DNA of 56,001 nt, the filler included, from Stramenopiles sp. TOSAG23-2 (taxonomy: Eukaryota): assembly GCA_900128395.1 (NCBI GenBank). It is 5 parts of 5 records of this genome, joined end to end, with 100 filler letters (N's around TTAATTAATTAA, not from the genome) between each part and the next. Parts side by side here need not be neighbours in the genome. Positions count along the whole stretch, not along the records: positions 22,462 to 33,581 come from LT649962.1; positions 33,682 to 44,793 come from LT649963.1; 3 more parts are not named here. One strand, written 5' to 3'. The position numbers were made by a program, and so were the translations under genes. Shown in pieces: positions 32,285 to 43,200 of this stretch (position 1 is the stretch's first letter; every line of letters begins with the position of its first letter). A model generated the notes under the pieces. It had not been told where the DNA came from. It saw nothing but the letters and a program-made list of their open reading frames with translations, and did not search any database.

Positions 32285-32388
32285 TATAATTTACTTTTAA
32301 ACACTATCGGTGGTTTTGGTTTTGGATCTAAAGGCAAAGGTATTTCTGGTACTGGTATTGGAGCCGGTATGGGTGTTACTTTTAACAT
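32284..32388 (-). CDS. Pro-rich micro-ORF (34 aa) not in the ORF track
   Basis: MLKVTPIPAPIPVPEIPLPLDPKPKPPIVFKSKL*; stop overlaps the next ATG (TAATG); fills the whole spacer. Confidence 0.55.
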   Translation of the reverse strand: MLKVTPIPAPIPVPEIPLPLDPKPKPPIVFKSKL

Positions 32389-32395
32389 TATATTA

Positions 32396-32812
32396 TTAAT
32401 TTGTTTTTACTACTATATCTCGTATCGATAAATACTCTTCGTCTCTCGAATGAATTACATCATTCCAATTTGAAATCATATCACGATAAGTATTTGTAAG
32501 AACCTTTAGTCCTTCTTTTCCTTCATCGCTTAATGTACTAGCATTAGTAGCTTTTTCAAAACTGACATCTAAATAATCCATCAATTTTTTTATTGTTGAA
32601 TAACCATTCTTTTTCGGTTTTTTTTTAATTGATATACGAATTTTGTTATTTTCGTCAACACAACCCATCATATTGCATTGTCTCATTGTTTGTAATAAAG
32701 CATCTTTCGTTTTCTGGATATCCAGTAATTGCTTTTTTCTTTCCAAATTGATTTTTTTTAACGTCTCCCGCTGAGACAACAATTGACTTTGTAAGGTTTT
32801 GATTTTTGTCAT
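32396..32812 (-). CDS. Short coiled-coil basic protein reminiscent of the giant-virus DUF5760-like pattern
   Basis: First ATG at 32812; LKKINLERKKQLLDIQKTKDALLQTMRQCNM...IRISIKKKPKK (helix, Met, short beta, basic). Confidence 0.6.
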   Translation of the reverse strand: MTKIKTLQSQLLSQRETLKKINLERKKQLLDIQKTKDALLQTMRQCNMMGCVDENNKIRISIKKKPKKNGYSTIKKLMDYLDVSFEKATNASTLSDEGKEGLKVLTNTYRDMISNWNDVIHSRDEEYLSIRDIVVKTN

Positions 32813-33437
32813 TCTTATTTGTTTCACTTCCCGTGTATTTAATAAATACCTTGTAACTGCTGCAAATATAGCATTTCTTCTTTGTCATAGTACCACATGC
32901 ATTATGGTAAACATGCGTGCTACAACTACATCTACCGATACAACATTCGTTACCTTGTACAGTTTTATTACATGCATAACAAGTAAATGTATGCCTTTTT
33001 GTAACATAAATTACATTGTTAATTCGACTAGCCTTGTTTTTTGCTGTATGGATACTAGCAAAAATTTCCAATGGTAGAATAGTAATAAGCGTTGGATCTT
33101 CTTTCAAAATAGTTTCAAATGATTGTATAGCGTCTTGTAATTTATTTGGATTTTGTTCTTTAATATAAGTCTTTATAACATACAAAATCTTTGCTATTTC
33201 AAAATGTGATTTTGCTTCTAATAATTTATTTAAAAAGGCAACATAAGAATTTTTTTTATCAAATTTATGTTTCGACATCAATGTCTTGTAATAGACTAAA
33301 GCATTATCATAACTATCGTTATTTATTAAATTTTCTTTACCGAATACCTTTTCAAAGTCAGGAATAGCGAATAAAAGACGTTTATTACTAACGTGATTTT
33401 TCCAATTACGTATATAATAACTTGTATTCTTATTCAT
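32655..33437 (-). CDS. Protein with a RING-variant (C4HC3-like) zinc finger
   Basis: CYAC...CSC..HVYHNAC...CYIC; the 3' end overlaps the next gene by 158 nt. Confidence 0.7.
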   Translation of the reverse strand: MNKNTSYYIRNWKNHVSNKRLLFAIPDFEKVFGKENLINNDSYDNALVYYKTLMSKHKFDKKNSYVAFLNKLLEAKSHFEIAKILYVIKTYIKEQNPNKLQDAIQSFETILKEDPTLITILPLEIFASIHTAKNKASRINNVIYVTKRHTFTCYACNKTVQGNECCIGRCSCSTHVYHNACGTMTKKKCYICSSYKVFIKYTGSETNKNDKNQNLTKSIVVSAGDVKKNQFGKKKAITGYPENERCFITNNETMQYDGLC

Positions 33438-33453
33438 ATCACTATCAGTTCAT

Positions 33454-33581
33454 ATGGTGGTGATTTTAGGCATAGACGTAGGTACAGTTAATTTAGGTTG
33501 GGCAGTCGTAAAAGATGGGAAATTCTATGCAGCGGGCGTAGATTGTCGTACCAGTGCAAGATCTTCTGTTCTTTTATACAT
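33454..33581 (+). CDS. RuvC-like Holliday junction resolvase, N-terminal fragment truncated at contig end (not in the ORF track)
   Basis: MVVILGIDVGTVNLGWAVVKDGK matches the RuvC/poxvirus A22 first motif hhGIDxGxxNhGhuhh. Confidence 0.8.
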
Positions 33582-33681
33582 NNNNNNNNNNNNNNNNNNN
33601 NNNNNNNNNNNNNNNNNNNNNNNNNTTAATTAATTAANNNNNNNNNNNNNNNNNNNNNNNNNNNNNNNNNNNNNNNNNNNN
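33582..33681. other. Artificial contig linker
   Basis: N44-TTAATTAATTAA-N44. Confidence 0.98.
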
Positions 33682-34228
33682 ATAGATTTAAAGCTACAGA
33701 GTCTAATATAATAATTTATACTTTTTATACTATATTCATTTTAATACTATTTTCCTTAAATATTTATTTCTTCCAAGTCTCTACTTTGTTATCTTGAAAC
33801 GTTAACACCCCTACACATCAGGGCAGGGAATAATAAAATAATAGTCGTCTTTAATGATAAGGTGTACAATGTTAGGATACATATTTTATAAATCCGACTA
33901 TATAATACCTGGTATTATAACTAATTATAATTGCTAATGGTGCTATAATTATAATGTAAAAATGCCACACACTGGAACTACTATTATACTACCAGGATTA
34001 AAAAATAATATTTATTATTAATTATTATATATTTATGATAGCTCGGAGCTAGGTTGCCTAGGTGCGTAGCCTAATAATAAACACTTTATCAGATTCTTTC
34101 TTCTTCATCAGAAGAAATAAAAGAACAAACTTTTTTTTTTATGTTCGCAATACAGCAAAAGTCGGAAGAACAAATATTTCTAAGCTATACTACATAAAAG
34201 CAATATAGTTTGAACACTGCAGATAAAT

Positions 34229-36301
34229 ATGGCGGAAATAACTCCAAAAGATGTTAGTAAAGACTACTCATTGCCAAATCAGAGAAGAAACTCTAGAAGA
34301 AAAAGTTCAAAATCTTCTCAAGCAAAACGTACCTCATCCTCTGATAAAGACAGCAAAAATGCTAGAGACGACAAACTAGATAAAACAGATGAAGAGGAGG
34401 GAAGCAAACCTAGTATGATGAAGATGGCAAGGCGAAGTTCTGCTGCTGCATTGGAGCACTTAACAGCTAACATTGGAGACGCGGATGTTGGAGTAGATGG
34501 CTTCTTAGGCATGGAAATAAAAGGTATGATGGAGGCTCAAGAGGAACTAAAGGAAGCTATTGGAGATCGTGAAGAATTTAAACTAAAAGGTTGCGTAATG
34601 CGTTTTGCTGATATAAAAGCAGAACATACGTTTCATGAACATTGGAGACGAAAGTCAACACCAACTGCCGTTTGCATAATTTCATTTGTATTTTACTTGT
34701 ACAAATGTTTCACTACCAATCCAAGCTTTTTATCTGGATCACAAAATATTGCTACGACAACCTTCGCATGTGTATCTGCATTGATTTTACTTTTAATAAT
34801 TCAATGTACCAACGAATGTTTCCACCGATGGTATGATTGGATAAGTAGCTGCGTTATTTTGCATGTAGTTGTGACTGTATCAGTACAAAATTATTTAGGT
34901 GCAACAAATACCATTGGCTACATGCATAGAGATGGCTGCTATGGACCAAGTTGTCAATATTTATATCCTTCAACACTTATTATGCTTTGCATGTACGGTG
35001 CATCAAGCGTATTTCGCATGCGATTTGTTCCAGTTGCAATATTAATTTTGCTGATTGTAATAATAGAAGAAACGTTATTAAATGTTGGTGCAGAAAATCC
35101 TGCACCATGGGACCTAGTGACGCAATTGTATTCTCTTGCATTGGTGGTATGGGGATGTTTGGTAGAAGCACATGGATCTGAAATATTACATCGAAAAACG
35201 TATGTCTTATCCGTACTTTTTCATGAAAGTCCAGAACATTTGCAAGAAACCATTGAAAAGGAACGCTATGGTTGTTGTTATGACAAAACAGACAAGAAAT
35301 ATTGCACTTGCTTGAAATTTCGAGACGAACGAGAACAAATGGATTTTGAAAGTTTTGATAGGCATGAGCGCTTAGCCGATGGTGTTGGACTAGGAGCTAC
35401 TGTATTTGCAACTTTTATGGCTATATGGTTATTCTTGTATGGAACATTACCGGAGGGCTCTAATCTTGATGATTATTGGACTCTAGTTTATCTTCCAAGT
35501 TTCATTCCACTATTTGCCTGTGTTGGAATTCTCTTTGTTGTTTGGATTTATTGGACGTACATGCAAAAATTTAAAAAAGAAGGTGGCTTTGATGATAGCT
35601 TAAAGGAAGCAACTACGAAGAACAGAAGGATCGGTACGTGCTTTACGTTAATTCTTCCAAGTGTATTTTTATTTTCATGGCTTCTTACAATTTCTCTTAG
35701 TCAAGGAAAAGCTATGAATACGTATTATAATGCATCGCCTTATGAACAAGTGCCATGCCTCTCTCAATCGGAATGGATGGAAATTGTATCAGAGGGTGAT
35801 ATTAGTGTTGATCCGCTAAATAATACAATTTGTGCAATGACGACAGGATACAATGTAACTAACAATCAAACCGTATGCAACCCTGAATATTTTGAAGCTA
35901 TAACACAGTATTGCAAAATATTTTCATTGCCTACATATATGATATTTATATTACAAACTACACAATTATGGATTCAAAGGGATATGTTGAAAGCTACAAT
36001 TATATTTATTACATCAATGATATTTTTTTTATTTATGTTATCGATATTGATTGGCAACTTTCAAATGTTTATAGTAGAATTTGTTCGAGTAGGACCATAC
36101 TACTTTGGCCTTCTCGTTATTTTATATGAACACATTATTGTAACGCAAGAAGAATTCATATTAGATAGACATATAAAAAAGGCAAAAGTAGTCAAGGCTT
36201 TTAGAGACAGTTTCGTAAACAAAACAATGGGCATAAAAAATAAAGGGATAACTGGAACTTCAAGATGGGCTCTTGCTGCTAAAGCAGCTTTAAATGCATA
36301 A
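34229..36301 (+). CDS. Polytopic membrane protein (~12 TM in two blocks), 690 aa
   Basis: Two sets of ~6 hydrophobic helices, each preceded by an F-x-D...E-x2-F motif; extracellular-type Cys/NxT-rich loop. Confidence 0.8.
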   Translation: MAEITPKDVSKDYSLPNQRRNSRRKSSKSSQAKRTSSSDKDSKNARDDKLDKTDEEEGSKPSMMKMARRSSAAALEHLTANIGDADVGVDGFLGMEIKGMMEAQEELKEAIGDREEFKLKGCVMRFADIKAEHTFHEHWRRKSTPTAVCIISFVFYLYKCFTTNPSFLSGSQNIATTTFACVSALILLLIIQCTNECFHRWYDWISSCVILHVVVTVSVQNYLGATNTIGYMHRDGCYGPSCQYLYPSTLIMLCMYGASSVFRMRFVPVAILILLIVIIEETLLNVGAENPAPWDLVTQLYSLALVVWGCLVEAHGSEILHRKTYVLSVLFHESPEHLQETIEKERYGCCYDKTDKKYCTCLKFRDEREQMDFESFDRHERLADGVGLGATVFATFMAIWLFLYGTLPEGSNLDDYWTLVYLPSFIPLFACVGILFVVWIYWTYMQKFKKEGGFDDSLKEATTKNRRIGTCFTLILPSVFLFSWLLTISLSQGKAMNTYYNASPYEQVPCLSQSEWMEIVSEGDISVDPLNNTICAMTTGYNVTNNQTVCNPEYFEAITQYCKIFSLPTYMIFILQTTQLWIQRDMLKATIIFITSMIFFLFMLSILIGNFQMFIVEFVRVGPYYFGLLVILYEHIIVTQEEFILDRHIKKAKVVKAFRDSFVNKTMGIKNKGITGTSRWALAAKAALNA

Positions 36302-36979
36302 ATCGTGCGTGCGTGCGTGCGTGTGTGTGTATTAATAATAATATCTTGCTTGTAGAGAGAGTAAATTACGAGCTCGGTAGTATATTTGTTATTTTAACCA
36401 CTCCACTTTTAATGTTTGGTAAAAATTTGTAGAGTTCTACGAAACGCCGAAAGCACGGTGCGAAACAAAAACAAAAACGTATCACGTTGTACTAAATCAT
36501 ATTCTAAGCAATAGGTACCCAATCGCGGTAAATTCTTTCCAACACTTCGCTGCTCTAGCTCGCTGCTAATACCTGAAACCAGAATATAATAGTTATCTTT
36601 ACACTATATTACACTATATCATTTTATACTACAAGATTAAATAGAGATAGTTCCTTATGTAATATATCTTATACATCTATTTAAACAGACGACACGACGA
36701 CACATGATTGACACTTCAGAATAGGGAATTTAAGGTGTAAAATAAAATAAAGTTTTAAGAAACGAGGAGAGCAGGAAACAGGATGGAGGAAAATTTATAA
36801 AAAAGAGGGAGGACCAAAAAGGCGGGCAAATTTGAGACATTTTACAAGTGAAAAAGTGAAAAAAGATCTAGCCTGTGATGCTGTGATGGTGCCTGGTACA
36901 TTGTACACAGTATACTCTCAGTAGACTATCATGTTCTCAGTACACAGTATACAGTATACAGTATTTATATTATTAATAC

Positions 36980-37072
36980 ATAGATTATAGATTATAGATT
37001 GTAGATTGTAGATTGTTGATTGTAGATTATATTATATTATAGATTATAGATATTATTATATATTATAGATTA
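36980..37072. repeat. 7-nt (TAGATTA/TAGATTG) minisatellite upstream of the 2110-aa gene
   Basis: About ten degenerate copies visible. Confidence 0.75.
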
Positions 37073-37271
37073 GCCGATTAGCCTGGTTTGAGAATCAAAA
37101 TATATATCAAACGACAACCAATATAGACATTTTTATTAAGCTTTATTTTTAATTACAAAAAAGTATTTCATAAGTATTTTGTTATTGTAGTAATCAATCA
37201 AAGTCCTCTGTTTTTAACTCTGTAGTAAATATAGTAGAATTTATTACCGAAAAATAAAAAGTAAAAAAGGT

Positions 37272-40200
37272 ATGATGAAAATGGCATATTTAGTAACTTT
37301 ATTATCGTGTTTAATAATGGTAAATGTGGTATATGGGATAAAGGATCCTCAGTGTAACGAAGGTCAGTTTCTTGCATTTGAAGTACGTGAAAGTGGTCGA
37401 TGTGCAGAGTATATGGAAGACGCAGTGGAATGTGATAATGCAGTTAAAGCAAATAGGCACGCTGGTGTTATAGAAGGTGTTAATCGTGGCTTTGGTGGTA
37501 ATGTAGACGATAACCGGTTTCCTCAAAGTTGCTATGTACAAAATCAGAAAACTTATAATAATGTTCCCCACACAGACACAGATTGTAGCTCCGCAAAGAA
37601 ATGCGTTTGCAAGACAAAGGTATGCACTAAATGCGATTTTGGTTTTAAAGAAGATCCTAGCACGCCGGGACAATGCGTAAAATGTCCAGCGAACACATAT
37701 AAGAATAGACAAGGAAAAAGTGATTGCGAAGCTTGCCCAACAGGAAGCCAACATACAATTCACCCGACTGGTAATGCTTTTTGTAGTAAAAAGTGTGTTG
37801 CTGGTGAAGCATATGGTTACGAAATACGTAGAAGTGGTAAATGTGACGATCCAATAGATACGCTTGAAGAGTGTATGTTAGCGGTTGACATGAACAAGTA
37901 TTTTGGTATCGATAAGGACGCAAAACATTATTCCCAAACAGATAACTACGGTAATAACAACTCCCCAGGTTGTTTCATTCTTGGTAAATACTACGAGTTT
38001 AACACCAACATAGCTTCAACAAAAGACTGTTCAGTTGAAATGCCTTGTGTATGCAAAAAGAAGCAATGCCAAGAATGTCCAAAGAATACATATAGCGAAG
38101 ATGGCTCAAAATGCGTTAGTTGTCCAGACGATAAAAAATATACATTTTCAAATTCTCCTAAAACATCTATCAATGCTTGCACGTCAACACAGCATGCGAC
38201 TGCCCCTTTAAACTGTAACGCTGGTGAAGGTTTTGGTTACAGTATAAAAAATAGTGGTACATGCGAAGAAAAGATTGATAAAACAGACGAATGTGAAGAA
38301 GCTGCGCAATTTAATAAGGACAATGGTATAGATCCTAGGGTTAAGCTTGATCATCCTGAAGTGGGTAGATATCATAACGTACCAACCGGATGCTACCGCT
38401 TTCAAGATATAAATATACCAAAAAAATACAGCTTGAATACAATGGAAACTTCCAATGAATGTGGTGCTAACAATGCAAGATGCATATGTAGAACAAAATC
38501 ATGTACAATCTGTCCATGGAATACATATAGTAGTGGTGGATCTGGCGCAAAATGTTTACGTTGTCCAGATACTAAGCCAACAACGCATTTTCAAAAGGGG
38601 CAGACATCTGTAGAAGCATGTAAAGAGGTACGTTCAAAAACGTGTGAAGAAGGTGAAGGATACACAGGTGATGATATTTATGTTCCGAAGAGCTGTCACC
38701 AATGTTCTGAGGGTACCTATAGTAAAGGTGGTGACTCGAAATGCCTTCAATGCCCTACAAGTAAAGTAATTATAATTCGCGAGCAGTTGCAACGACGTGT
38801 AGATTGTCAACAAAACTGTCCTGCAGGATACGGTTATAGATATACAGGCGAGCATACATGTACTAAATGCAGAGAAAACACTTTTAGTCCTGGCGGTAGA
38901 GAGCAATGTATACCATGCAGAGATGGTTACGAAGCTGAGAAAGGTTCTAGTATATGCAAGCAAGGTGAATTAGCACGCAGCCAAAGTGCAATGAAAGAAT
39001 TATTACAATCAGTATCTGAAAGTGTATCTATGTCGGAAGCATCACGAGCCAAATTACGTCGTAAATTTTCAACGGAAGACACTCGGGCTGAATACTCTAA
39101 AATGAGAAACCTGAAATTACAGGAAGATGAAACTGCTGAACGTGATGATTGTACTCGTCAAAAACAACCATATAAGCATGGTACAGAAAGTGAACAACCA
39201 GGTATGGTTATTTTCTCCGGTGTGCCATTACAAGATGAAGTAGATGACAAAACGTGTTTATATGAAAATCGGGATCGTATCGTACAAGCATTTTGTATTT
39301 TCCGTGATAAATTTGATAAAACATTGAGGCAACGCAATATTCATGTAGCATCGTCAAAAGAATTCTGGCCCAATATATGCTGTCCATCGCCAGACAAAGA
39401 TGATTGTAATAGTACAATATCGGGTATTAAACGTAGCGACATGATACCATTTGCAACTTCACAAGGTGCTCATGCAACGAAAGAAAATTTATTTGGCGAA
39501 ATTCGTGATTTATTAGGCCATCACTCAAAAGGTAGTACACGTAAGGATGGTTATTTGTTACAAGGTATTGAAAACTTGCTAACGAAAGTGAAATCCGATC
39601 ATAGTATTACGACCGAACCGTTATTAAAACGTATGAAAAAACTCTTTGGGAATATTAATTTATGTGGACCACGTATATTTACATCACCGAAAGATGACGA
39701 TATACAGATATGTCAATTGTTTTACCCGTATCCGCACATGATGAATGTATTTTACAAGCATTTTGAAAAATTGTTTGAGACTGAAGATTTGAACAAATTA
39801 AACGCTATTCGTACTATTCGTCGCAGAATGTTAAGCACTACTAAGTATCGTGGTGGTGATGGTGGTAGAGCACAACATAAAAAATATACTAGTACTGGAC
39901 CAAGTCCAAAAAACGCTACTAAGTATGGTAGAGTACAATATATTAAAAAATATGCTAGTACTGGACCAAGTTCAAAATACACTACTAAGTATGGTAGAGC
40001 ACAACATAAAAAATATGCTAGTAGTGGACCAAGTTCAAAATACACTACTAAGTATGGTAGAGTACAATATATTAAAAAATATGCTAGTACTGGACCAAGT
40101 TCAAAATACACTACTAAGTATGGTAGAGCACAACATAAAAAATATGCTAGTAGTGGACCAAGTTCAAAATACACTACTAAGTATGGTAGAGTACAATATA

Positions 40201-43200
40201 TTAAAAAATATGCTAGTACTGGACCAAGTCCAAAATACACTACTAAGTATGGTAGAGCACAACATAAAAAATATGCTAGTACTGGACCACGTGGACGCGT
40301 AGATGCAAAAAAGAGCAATAGTAATGTTGAAACAAAGCTCTCTATGTCGGAAGCATCACGAGCAACATTACGTCGTCGATTTTCAGCGGAAGATGGTCCG
40401 AGAAGAATGATGATGGAGAAAGAGAAAATGTTGCTAGCAACATTACGTCGTCGAGTTTCAGCGGAAGATGGTCCGAGAAGAATGATGATGGAGAAAGAGA
40501 AAATGTCAAAAGGCAACGCAACAGAAGCGACGATGATGAAGAAAGAAGAGGCAACAGATGCAACGATTGAAAATGAGAAAACGTCAAAAGGCAACGCAAC
40601 AGAAGCGACGATGATGAAAGAGAATGATGAAAGAGGATATGCCCAAAACAATCCAATGGAAGCGAAGATGATGGAGAAAGAAAAGACAATAAATGGGAAA
40701 GAAAAGAAGTCAAAAGAAAGTGCAACAGATGCAACGATGCAAAAAGAGGAGATGTCCAAAGTCGAAAAAAGAGCAGAACCGGTACAAGAAAGGAAGGCTT
40801 ATAAATTATTGAAGAAAAAAGAACATCAATTTTCCATTACTTATTACAAAATGCCAACAGGAAACTGTAACCACCACGGTAAATATGTAGAGCATGGGAA
40901 ACACGATGAAGCATCTTGTAAGGCATTGTGCGATGAAGATGTTAGCTGCGAAGTATATGCTGTAAAAGACAGTGAATGGTGCATAACATATCAATATTGC
41001 AAAATACAAAACACTGCAATTGTTAATTCACAATGGGGTGGAAAATTTTTCAGGAAAAAACAAAAGCTTGGGAGACGTTTAGCAATTGCAATATTGGATG
41101 AAGCAAAAGATACTATAAAAGAGCAACTCTCCACCATGAAAGGGGAACAAGGTAAACAAGGCGAACCAGGTCTACAAGGCGAACCAGGTAAAGATGGTAA
41201 ATCAATAGTAGGATCAAGAGGCGAACCGGGTGTTGCCGGTCCAGAAGGCAGACGGGGTGCAATTGGTCCAAGTGGCAAACACGGCCTGAAAGGTGACAAG
41301 GGTGAAAAGGGTAACGATGGTTTAGGATTAACACTGAAAAAATTTAATTTGGATACGAAGTTGGCGTATAAATCGATAACATCCGGCACGTGTAATGAGA
41401 AAATAAAAACAAGTGCAGATTGCAAAGCAGCAGCTTTAGCAATTGGAAAAAAATATTCCAGTCGATATTTAAACTCTTATTTATATCCAACTGGTTGTAT
41501 AATTACAACTATTTATATTAAATCTAAAATTGGCAAATACACGCCTGTGAAAACGGATTCAATTAGATTCAATTCACGCAGCTCAACAAAAACTTGTAAT
41601 GCCAACACGAAATGCATATGTAAAGATTCAAAAGTACAATTCAAAAGTCAATATTATAAAAAAGGCGATTATGTTTTTGCACCAGCAACAACTGGAAAGC
41701 ACAATTCGATGTATATAGCAGAGAGAGACTTTAGCACCACTAAACAACCAAAAGATGATTTATACAATTGGGAAGAGTTTCAAGCACCACGTGGCGAAAA
41801 AGGCGAACGTGGGGAACAAGGTGATCCTGGCTTCCAAGGCGCCACAGGAGTTAGAGGAGACAGAGGCACCAAAGGGGATAAAGGTGACAGAGGAGACCCA
41901 GGAAAAACTGGTAAACAAGGCAACTCTATTGTTGGCCCTGCAGGCAAACAAGGCCCAAAAGGTTATAAAGGGGATGCCGGTTTGAATGGTATTCAAGGAT
42001 CACGAGGGCCAAATGGCGTAAAAGGTGCGAAAGGTGCAAAAGGCGACCCTGGTGCAAAAGGTGATCGTGGTAATGATGGAGCTGGTTTAACATTGAAACA
42101 TTTTTCGCTGGGCCAAATGTACGGACATGGTGATTACGTATTTTCAAAATCAAGCAATAGTAACCACGATTCAATGTACGTAGCAGAGAAGAAAACATTT
42201 AAGGCTATGAAAGAACCGCGCAAAGATCTTGAGTCTGGAAATTGGGTAGAGTTTCATGCACCGCGTGGTGTCGATGGTAAAGATGGTAAGCCAGGTGTTG
42301 ATGGAAAAGATGGTAACGATGGTAAAGATGGTAAGCCAGGTGTTGATGGAAAAGATGGTAAAGATGGTAAGCCAGGTGTTGATGGAAAAGATGGGAACGT
42401 TGAAGCGTTGAGTAAGCAGATAAGTGATTTGATGAAACAAATTGAAGATGTGAAGCAGGACACGTCAACAAAAATTGCCAATGAAGAGAAAGAAATACAC
42501 AGTCAGGAGCAAACAATCAAAAAACTTACTAAAGATGCCAAGAAATGCCCAGCTGGATTGCGTTTTGAACGTCAAGTCGAGTTACTAGAAAAGAAGGAAG
42601 TTTTTTGCCAAGATTACGGCTTAGATCTAGCAGACAATGACATTAAAAATTATGCTATGGTGTATATTGAAAAAGATGATGGCCGCGAAGAATACGATCA
42701 ATTTATGCAAACAATAAGCGAACATGCTTTGTTCAAAGTAAACGCTCAATGTCCAAAACCAATGTTTAGCGGTGTTGATGTTTCAGTACAACAAATTGAT
42801 GGTTTAGCAGCTGGAACGAAAGACTGGGCGTTTTTCATGGAATTGGATTCAGTATCTCCAAATGGATACGTGAAATCTGAATTACAAAAATGTAAAGTTT
42901 CCGAGGAATATTTGCCAAAGACATCGCTTCGCATGCAAGTGTATGTTGATAAAAATAATTGTTGCAAAGATATTAAAGATTACAATGTATGCAGTCGTAA
43001 TTGCACATTGAAGCCATTAGATCATCATTGGACAAAAGAACCTTTGGCATTTCAAATGACAGTAACAGGCACACAATTTAAATGGCAAGTTAGTGATTTC
43101 GTTGTTGATGGTACACAATTTACAAGTCCAACGAAACGCAATAAATTGTCAATTGGTAAAGATGTTAATGATGGAGATGTAACAAAGGCAAAAGAAGGAG

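Larger units (their letters stand above)
22462..33581. other. Probable large eukaryotic dsDNA virus fragment (whole contig)
   Basis: About 14 intronless ORFs, mostly overlapping or separated by 55 nt or less; RuvC-like resolvase, two RING proteins, BAF-like and GT11 genes; host repeats and introns absent. Confidence 0.8.

Noticed and set aside
22462-33581. Bacterial, phage or organellar origin for the dense contig
   Set aside because: RING fingers, BAF-like, TMEM8-like and NLS-bearing proteins are eukaryotic-type, and no Shine-Dalgarno pattern or organellar gene is evident.
39752-40759. 335-aa hydrophobic antisense ORF and 150-aa alternative-frame ORF over the tandem repeat
   Set aside because: A stop-free repeat unit opens several frames automatically; there is no independent sign of coding.
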